The translations under genes were made by a program, and so were the position numbers. From an uncultured Pseudomonadales bacterium (GTDB taxonomy: Bacteria > Patescibacteriota > Microgenomatia > UBA1400 > PJMF01): DNA of 40,482 nucleotides. Positions 34,294 through 40,482 of the stretch are shown here, piece after piece. The DNA is taken from positions 1 through 40,482 of the forward strand of contig CAZSQY010000002.1 of assembly GCA_964609285.1 (NCBI GenBank), written 5' to 3'. Every line of letters begins with the position of its first letter. The first letter of the stretch is position 1. The notes beneath the pieces are model-generated. The model did not search any database and was not told the origin of the DNA. It saw only the letters and a program-made list of their open reading frames with translations.

Positions 34294-35255
34294 TAAAAAA
34301 GTGATTTCTGAACTTGAGCTTCAAACTGATCATTAGGTAATTGTGGAATCAAGGATTTGAAATCTAACTCCTTAAACAGTTTAACCACCTCTTCTTTGTC
34401 AAAACTTTCCACCCGGCATTGCGGTAAATCAATTTCTAATGGCACATCATGATCAATCTGAGCCAATTTTTGACTAAGATAAGCCTGCTCTTTTCCTTGT
34501 TGCAGCTTTTTTAAAACACTGCCTTTAAGCACATCGCCCGACTCACGCTCACCGGCCTCAATTTTATCAATCTCTTCATAAATTTTGTCTAAAGAACCAT
34601 ACTGCTTTAGCAACTTAACTGCTGTTTTTTGCCCAATGCCTTTAATACCAGGAATATTATCCGAGGCATCTCCCATTAAAGCCTTCATATCCACGATCTG
34701 CTCCGGCTTGAGCTCCATCTTTTCCAAAACGGTTTGAGCATCATACTCAATATCCGGTTTACGTCTCCGTCCGGGAATCCAAACGTGGGTGTTGTCGTCT
34801 ACCAACTGCAACATATCTTTATCCCCGGTCACGATAATAGTCAAAGCATCTTCAGGGGCTTTGACTTGTTCTGGATGAAAATCCAGCTGATAACTTAAAG
34901 TTCCAATTAGGTCATCAGCTTCAAAACCTTCCTGTTCAAATTGGGGAATGTTGAGAGCTGTTACTACCTGTTTAACCATAGGAATCTGGGGCTGCAAATC
35001 GTCGGGCATTTCCGGACGATGAGCTTTGTAATCTTTAAACTCTTTATGACGAAAGGTTGGTTTGGGGTGATCGTAAGTGACCGCCAAATAATCCGGCTCA
35101 AACTCTTGAATGGCTGAAAGTAAAATGCGGGTAAAACCGTAAACGGCGTTGATCATACGGCCCTGAGGATCGGTCAATTTAGGTAAGCCATAGTACGCCC
35201 GATAAATGACAGCGTGACCATCAAACAGTAAAAAAATAGGGCGGTCGTGATCCAT
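34293..35255 (-). CDS. Stand-alone 5'-3' exonuclease / flap endonuclease (Pol I N-terminal domain homologue)
   Basis: LLFDGHAVIYRAYY, VTGDKDMLQLV and MGDASDNIPGIKGIGQKTA (H3TH). Its stop overlaps the GT4 start as TAATG. Confidence 0.85.
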   Translation of the reverse strand: MDHDRPIFLLFDGHAVIYRAYYGLPKLTDPQGRMINAVYGFTRILLSAIQEFEPDYLAVTYDHPKPTFRHKEFKDYKAHRPEMPDDLQPQIPMVKQVVTALNIPQFEQEGFEADDLIGTLSYQLDFHPEQVKAPEDALTIIVTGDKDMLQLVDDNTHVWIPGRRRKPDIEYDAQTVLEKMELKPEQIVDMKALMGDASDNIPGIKGIGQKTAVKLLKQYGSLDKIYEEIDKIEAGERESGDVLKGSVLKKLQQGKEQAYLSQKLAQIDHDVPLEIDLPQCRVESFDKEEVVKLFKELDFKSLIPQLPNDQFEAQVQKSLF

Positions 35256-35276
35256 GAAATAATTATAGCTTATAGT

Positions 35277-37316
35277 TTAAGCTTTGTTTGAATTACCGGA
35301 ATCGCTGTCTGTAGACTCATCACTTCGAATCTCAGGTTTAACTTTTTCAAAATCCATCATTTTTTCAAACTCATCTGCGTCTAAGGTTTCAACTTCTAAC
35401 AATTTTTGCGCAACTTGATCTAGTTGTTTTTCATACTTTGCCAATAAACTTTCACTTTCACTTAAAGCTTGATTTAAGATTTTTTGAATTTCCTGATCAA
35501 CTTTTTCCTGCAGTTTATCAGAAATTTTATTTGGCTCACCCCACATCTTGTCATAATCTTCGTTGTCATATTGAGGGCCATAATGCATTGGTCCCAAATC
35601 ACTCATACCATAATCAGTTACCATAGCACGGGCAATGCGAGTAGCCTTGTCAATATCATTACTGGCACCTGCGGTTTGCTCTTTAAACTTTAATAGTTCC
35701 GCTGCCCGGCCACCCAGCATTTCAACAATTTTATCTTCTAACTCAGATTTAGTAGTTTGCAGTTTATCTCTTTCCGGCGGAGTAAAAGTAAAGCCCAAGG
35801 CTCGACCGCGGGAAATGATTGAAATACGATGGACTGGATCAGAAAAGGGCTGCACATGGGCCAACACGGCATGCCCTGCTTCGTGATAAGCTGTCATTTT
35901 ACGCTCGTATTCATCCTGTAAACGTTTTTTACTTGGTCCTAGTTTAACTTTCAACGAAGCTTCTTCAATATCTTCCATCGTAATTCGTTCCCTGCCTTCA
36001 CGAGCAATAGCGATAGCAGCCTCGTTTAACATGTTTTCAATATCTGCTCCGGAAAAACCGACCGTACTTTTGGCAATCTTTTCTAAACTCAATACATTTA
36101 ATAAAGGCTTGCCTTTGGCGTGAATCTTAATAATTGATTTTCTTTCTTCCAAATCAGGCAAGCTCACTTGTACCCGGCGGTCAAACCGGCCCGGCCGAAT
36201 TAAAGCCTTGTCTAACAGCTCGCCGCGGTTGGTGGCAGCAATAACAATCACATTGTCGGTTGGTTCAAAACCATCCATTTCAACTAAAATTTGATTTAAG
36301 GTTTGTTCACGCTCGTTGTGGCCGCCGGCATAGCCCATGCCGCGGGAGCGTCCGATAGCATCAATTTCATCAATAAAAATAATCGAGGGGGACATTTTCT
36401 TAGCAGTCTCAAATAAATCTCTGGCGCGGGAAGCTCCGACGCCCACCAGCATTTCCATAAATTCTGACCCGGCAATTGATAAAAACTGAACATTGGCCTC
36501 ACCTGCTACAGCTCGAGCCAACAAAGTTTTCCCTGTTCCGGACGGCCCAACCAATAAAACACCCTTAGGAGTTCTGGCTCCAACTTTAATATATTTTTTA
36601 GGAGATCTCAAAAAGTCCACTACCTCTTGCAGTTCTTTCTTGGCCTCATCCATCCCGCCAACATCATCAAACTTAACATCCTGCTTACCTTTAATAAATA
36701 TCTTGGCCTTAGATTGACTAAAACCCAGTAGCCCATCTTGCGAACCTCGAGCTTGACGCATGAGTAAAGCAAAAATTACCACAATCGCTAATAAAGGCAG
36801 TAAATTTAAAACTAATTCCCAAAACAACTGGCCCAAACTAACGTCTTCGACGACTAAATCAACACTAGTGATATCCAAGCCGGCTGAATCCAAGATAGAC
36901 AAAGCTTCTTGACCAGTCTCTTTTAAAGCTACTTTGCGTTCTTCATTTTTATAAACTGCGCGCAGTTCATTACCTGCCACTTGCAGTTTTTCCACTTGAT
37001 CATCTTGAATATCACGCACCATCTGACTGATGCTGATATTTTCAACATTTCCGCCCAACAAGGACAATAAGAAGGGTAAAAACAACAAACCAATTACGAG
37101 ATAGACTACGCCTTTTTTCATAAACTTGTTTGTGTCTAGCTTAAACTCAAATTGCTTGATATTAAGTTCTTTTTGACCTTTGTCGTTCTTAGACGATTCA
37201 GGTTGATCTGTTTTTCGAGCTTGCTGAGATTGAGATCGTTTTTTTTGATCTGGCTGATTCTTATCTTGATCAGTGTTTGGTTTCTCTTTTAATAAATTTT
37301 TCATAAGAGTTGTCAT
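35277..37316 (-). CDS. ftsH: ATP-dependent zinc metalloprotease FtsH
   Basis: [27 protein letters not shown] and HEAGHA. The N-terminus has a ~60-aa basic low-complexity extension. Confidence 0.95.
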   Translation of the reverse strand: MTTLMKNLLKEKPNTDQDKNQPDQKKRSQSQQARKTDQPESSKNDKGQKELNIKQFEFKLDTNKFMKKGVVYLVIGLLFLPFLLSLLGGNVENISISQMVRDIQDDQVEKLQVAGNELRAVYKNEERKVALKETGQEALSILDSAGLDITSVDLVVEDVSLGQLFWELVLNLLPLLAIVVIFALLMRQARGSQDGLLGFSQSKAKIFIKGKQDVKFDDVGGMDEAKKELQEVVDFLRSPKKYIKVGARTPKGVLLVGPSGTGKTLLARAVAGEANVQFLSIAGSEFMEMLVGVGASRARDLFETAKKMSPSIIFIDEIDAIGRSRGMGYAGGHNEREQTLNQILVEMDGFEPTDNVIVIAATNRGELLDKALIRPGRFDRRVQVSLPDLEERKSIIKIHAKGKPLLNVLSLEKIAKSTVGFSGADIENMLNEAAIAIAREGRERITMEDIEEASLKVKLGPSKKRLQDEYERKMTAYHEAGHAVLAHVQPFSDPVHRISIISRGRALGFTFTPPERDKLQTTKSELEDKIVEMLGGRAAELLKFKEQTAGASNDIDKATRIARAMVTDYGMSDLGPMHYGPQYDNEDYDKMWGEPNKISDKLQEKVDQEIQKILNQALSESESLLAKYEKQLDQVAQKLLEVETLDADEFEKMMDFEKVKPEIRSDESTDSDSGNSNKA

Positions 37317-37339
37317 TCTATCACGATATATAAAAAATT

Positions 37340-37675
37340 CTATCGAACCACACTACCGGGTTCTAATCCATCCGGCAGCTCAAACTTTTTAGGTTCGCCC
37401 TCAACATCTCCCATCAACATCATGCCCTGGCTGACACCTTCTCCCATCTTTTTTTCTGCTAAGTTGGTTACAAATAAATATTTATTGCCTTTTAAATCTT
37501 CTGGGGAGTAATAATTTTTGACTCCGGCTAAAATAGTTTTGTGCCCAATTTCTTCTCCAAAGTCTACCTTGAGCTCTAAAAGCGTTTGACTCCAATCCGG
37601 TGCAGAGGCCTCCACCACTTTGCCTACTCTTAAATCTAGTTGATCAAAATCTTGATATTGAATGGTTGGTTTCAT
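37340..37675 (-). CDS. Stand-alone tRNA-binding domain protein (Trbp111/CsaA-like OB fold)
   Basis: FDQLDLRVGKVVEA...L.VDFGEE...I.AG.........G........NL..KKM.G..S.GMML. Confidence 0.7.
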   Translation of the reverse strand: MKPTIQYQDFDQLDLRVGKVVEASAPDWSQTLLELKVDFGEEIGHKTILAGVKNYYSPEDLKGNKYLFVTNLAEKKMGEGVSQGMMLMGDVEGEPKKFELPDGLEPGSVVR

Positions 37676-37690
37676 GCTATTAAATCTTTC

Positions 37691-38746
37691 TTAAACTAAG
37701 CCTAATTTCTGTTTAACTTCACTCACTGTTTGACTCGCCACTTGAGAAGCTTGTTCTGCTCCTTGTTGAATAATTTGATCAACATAATCAGGATTATTTA
37801 ATAATTCCTGGCGTTTTTGCTGTAAAGGCTGCAGTTCTTGAAAAATGGCTTGTGCCAAGTCTTGTTTAAGCTGATTGTAGCGAATCCCCTCTCCTTGATA
37901 TTGCTTTTCATATTCTCGTCTCTTGTCTTGACCTTCAAACATTTCTACTAAAATTAATAAATTTCTGACACCGGGCGATTCCTGACTTGTGGCTTGATCA
38001 ATGTAAGCTTTTTGTGCTTGTTTGCTAGTTGCAGGTCCCTTAGATTGAGAATTCAAAACTTTGATCTCTCCTTGTCCACTGTCAGTGGGAGCGCCGGCCA
38101 ATCTCTGTTTAATCGTATCCAAATCATCACTTAAATTAATATAGCTGCCAGGGACAGACTTGCTCATCTTACCCTCACCTTTAAGCGAAGGCACATACTC
38201 ACCACTAGTGGCAAACCTTTCTGGTTCGGGGAAATTCAAGCCGTATTGCTGATTAAGCTTGCGGCTCAACTCGCGGGTAACTTCCAAGTGGGGTTCCTGA
38301 TCAATTCCGACCGGAACAGCATCAGCCTTATAAAGCAGAATATCAGCTGCCATTAAAACCGGATAATTTAATAAAGCCATGGTCACGTTTTGGGGATATT
38401 GCTTTACTTTTTCTTTATAAGTAGGCAAGTGCTGCATGCGTGCCACTGTAGCCAAGCTGGACAAATAAAAACATAGCTCAAAGTGCTGCGGCACGTCTGA
38501 TTGCATAAACAAAACGCTTTTATCTGGATCTAAACCAGCCGCCAAATAATCAATCACCACTTCTCGGCGGTTTTGTTTTAACTGGGCCGGATCATGAGGA
38601 GTGGTAATAGTATGGGCATCAGCCACCATATAAAAAGTTTGGTAATCTGAATCATTTTGTAGGGCCAGCATGCCTTTGACTGCACCCAAATAGTTGCCCA
38701 AATGTAATTGGCCTGAAGCTCGGATGCCGGATAAAACGCGTTTCAT
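37691..38746 (-). CDS. trpS: Tryptophan--tRNA ligase
   Basis: SGIRASGQLHLGNYLG (HIGH-like) and KMSKS. There is an insertion of about 45 aa after the KMSKS region. Confidence 0.9.
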   Translation of the reverse strand: MKRVLSGIRASGQLHLGNYLGAVKGMLALQNDSDYQTFYMVADAHTITTPHDPAQLKQNRREVVIDYLAAGLDPDKSVLFMQSDVPQHFELCFYLSSLATVARMQHLPTYKEKVKQYPQNVTMALLNYPVLMAADILLYKADAVPVGIDQEPHLEVTRELSRKLNQQYGLNFPEPERFATSGEYVPSLKGEGKMSKSVPGSYINLSDDLDTIKQRLAGAPTDSGQGEIKVLNSQSKGPATSKQAQKAYIDQATSQESPGVRNLLILVEMFEGQDKRREYEKQYQGEGIRYNQLKQDLAQAIFQELQPLQQKRQELLNNPDYVDQIIQQGAEQASQVASQTVSEVKQKLGLV

Positions 38747-38866
38747 ATAAGTATTGATAGTTGATAGTAAACAAGGTATTAGAACAAAACGCTACTGTAT
38801 AAGCAGCAAATTTCTGCGCTATTGCACACCTTAAATTTAGACTTACTTCTTGGAGATATTCTAGTC

Positions 38867-39736
38867 TTAAAGCTCTTCAATCTCAATATTAGGAGACATT
38901 TCTTGTTTGTCTTCAATGAGCTGCAAATACTTTTCTGTAGTAGTAATGCGCTTGTGACCCACTAGCTGCGAAACATAGACCAGAGGCGTACCTGCTTTAA
39001 GCTGCTCCACAATAAAAGTATTGCGCAGATCATTAACCGTAGCATCTTCAATGCCGGCCAATTTAAAATAGCGGTCCAAGGCAGAACGGATGTTACGGAC
39101 TAAAAACGGTCGGCAGGTTTTGGTTAAAAAGATTTTTTTCTCTCGAGCTTTAGGCCTCACTCTTAAATAATCCATTAAAGCTTGCTTAGCTGCTTTGTTT
39201 AAAGGAACCTTGCGTCCTTCACGGCTTTTTTGAGGACGAACGTATATCACATCACGCTCTAGATCTACGTCTTCCATGTGCATGTTGGCCAATTCACTAA
39301 TGCGCATACCAGTTTGCAGCAACAGCTCTACAATGGCAAAAATACGAGCGTCACCACGGCAAGCATCACGCAGCGCGCGATATTCTAATTTTGACAAATA
39401 GCGGGGTGGCTTCTGTTCAACTTTAGGATGACTGACTTCCTCAGCAGGATTCTTATTAACAATTCCTTGATTCTCCAAATAGCGGAAAAAAGATTTAATT
39501 GAATTAATTTTGCGTGAAATCGATTTATTGGTGTAACGACGTTTTTTCAATAACTCTTTAAACTGACTAACATCAGCATAATCAATATCATTCACATATT
39601 CTTTACCCTGATCCTGCGCATATTCCATTAACTGCTCAACATCTTTGGTATAAGCCACAATGGTAGCATTAGCCTTGCCATCCTCTTCAAGGAATTGCTG
39701 ATACTGATCATGGGCGTCATTTAAACTTAAAGGCAT
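38867..39736 (-). CDS. Tyrosine site-specific recombinase (XerC/XerD-like)
   Basis: N-terminal SAM-like domain. Has TGMRISEL (Arg I), LVGHKRITTTEKYL (His-x-x-Arg ... Tyr). Confidence 0.8.
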   Translation of the reverse strand: MPLSLNDAHDQYQQFLEEDGKANATIVAYTKDVEQLMEYAQDQGKEYVNDIDYADVSQFKELLKKRRYTNKSISRKINSIKSFFRYLENQGIVNKNPAEEVSHPKVEQKPPRYLSKLEYRALRDACRGDARIFAIVELLLQTGMRISELANMHMEDVDLERDVIYVRPQKSREGRKVPLNKAAKQALMDYLRVRPKAREKKIFLTKTCRPFLVRNIRSALDRYFKLAGIEDATVNDLRNTFIVEQLKAGTPLVYVSQLVGHKRITTTEKYLQLIEDKQEMSPNIEIEEL

Positions 39737-40001
39737 GTGTAATTCTTTCTTTTTCTCGTGTTTCTTAAGTTACCCATAAACTTGAATAAATTTAACAAAG
39801 CTTGACTGATATACTAGAAATAGATTCAAATTATAGCTCAGTTTTTGGAATTTAACCAAGTTTATTTTTTAATTTTAATTAAAGACAGGATAAAAATTTA
39901 TATAAGATAAAATCTTAGAGTCTTATAATACCATAGAAAATAGCAGCTCTCAATACAAAAATAATACTTAAATTTAAAATTCTATTTTATCTAACCAACT
40001 C

Positions 40002-40355
40002 ATGAAGCGTCTTCTTTATCACCCTTTAACCGCCATTTTGGTGACAGCTTTAGTTATTTATTTTGTAATATCTTTGCGCAGCAATTTAAAAAAGTTGGAA
40101 ATTTCTCGACAAAACTTAAGCAATATTCAACAGGATGTTTCTCAACTTTCTAAAGAAGTTGAGACCCAAAAACAAACTTTAAACGAAGCTCAACAACCCT
40201 TGACTAAAGAAAAATTAGCCCGAGATGAGTTGCTGTTAAAAAAGAGTGGCGAATATGTGATTGATCTACCAGACATCGTTTTAACTGATGTTGAGCTAGA
40301 ATCTAGTCCAAGTCCACGGCCCATAGAAAAATGGATAGAACTTATAAAAAATTAA
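40002..40355 (+). CDS. Septum-formation initiator-like protein (FtsB/DivIC family)
   Basis: A single N-terminal TM followed by a coiled coil, with ARDELLLKKSGEYVI. Confidence 0.55.
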   Translation: MKRLLYHPLTAILVTALVIYFVISLRSNLKKLEISRQNLSNIQQDVSQLSKEVETQKQTLNEAQQPLTKEKLARDELLLKKSGEYVIDLPDIVLTDVELESSPSPRPIEKWIELIKN

Positions 40356-40413
40356 ATATCGTCAATAGGTTTGGGGTTAAAATAGAAAATTAGTTGCTTG
40401 AATTGAAAGAATG

Positions 40414-40482
40414 TTGCGGGACCAGGAGTCGAACCTGGCCTGCGAGATTATGAGCCTCGCGTGCACCGTACACTATCCCGCG
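40414..40482 (-). tRNA. tRNA-Met(CAT), initiator-type acceptor stem; 5' end coincides with the window edge
   Basis: The minus strand reads CGCGGGA-TA-GTGTACGGTGCAC-G-CGAGG-CTCATAA-TCTCG-CAGG-CCAGG-TTCGACT-CCTGG-TCCCGCA-A. CGCGGGx...xCCCGCAA with a C1xA72 mismatch matches E. coli tRNA-fMet. No CCA is encoded. Confidence 0.8.

Noticed and set aside
38747-38866. Possible T-box leader upstream of trpS.
   Set aside because: The spacer is only 120 nt and contains no T-box consensus (AGGGUGGNACCGCG-like) or terminator/antiterminator pair.
39924-39929. TATAAT hexamer about 72 nt upstream of the ftsB-like gene, along with other -10-like hexamers in AT-rich spacers.
   Set aside because: It has no convincing -35 partner. 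Such matches are expected by chance in AT-rich intergenic DNA.
38867-40482. An integrase near a tRNA gene, as a possible genomic-island or prophage boundary.
   Set aside because: The recombinase has Xer-like architecture and is separated from the tRNA by a housekeeping ftsB/divIC-like gene. The flanking genes (trpS, ftsH) are core genes. I did not spot a direct repeat of the tRNA 3' end elsewhere in the window.
1-40482. Alternative genetic code (UGA recoding, as in some CPR lineages).
   Set aside because: All conserved genes translate to full length with the standard bacterial code, and no in-frame TGA interruptions are needed.

Overview
About 40.5 kb of densely packed, strongly strand-biased bacterial chromosome: 39 of the 41 protein genes I call, plus one tRNA, are on the minus strand. 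Content is mainly housekeeping. Reading in the direction of transcription (high to low coordinates) the blocks are: tRNA-fMet; a Xer-type recombinase; trpS, a Trbp111-like tRNA-binding protein and ftsH; a stand-alone 5'-3' exonuclease and a GT4; a small envelope cluster (GH-A hydrolase on the plus strand, LPXTG-like protein); hrcA-grpE-dnaK; a GT2 plus YfhO-like glycosylation pair; a zinc-finger-less dnaJ and a HAD hydrolase; nusA-infB-rpsO-pnp; a LacD-like protein, a C39-like peptidase, yggT and sod; a DEDD exonuclease, NUDIX, sufC, sufB/D, sufS, yjjX and an FNR-like reductase; a large secreted SBBP beta-propeller protein; a ferredoxin; two small unknown proteins; and sufT-rpiB-rpe-LOG-pfkB followed by a Lon-like AAA+ module. 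Many proteins are domain-reduced: IF-2 of 484 aa, HrcA of 239 aa, a single SufB/D, and Pol I-type exonuclease domains as separate genes. This fits a small-genome, Gram-positive-type lineage, possibly CPR/Patescibacteria, but that is inference only. I see no rRNA, CRISPR array, transposon, prophage or recognisable defence system, and I cannot point to a convincing novel multi-gene system. The most unusual things visible are: (1) a base-perfect 389-bp tandem duplication inside the SBBP gene; (2) a conserved palindromic hairpin element present twice in opposite orientations, one copy 12 nt after a Lon-like gene that stops exactly at the AAA/protease boundary; (3) three perfect CIRCE half-sites, one at an unexpected operon; (4) structured leaders around rpsO and pnp; (5) homologues of Rpe and LacD that, by my manual alignment, have lost a catalytic residue. 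All family assignments come from motifs read by eye and need profile searches.
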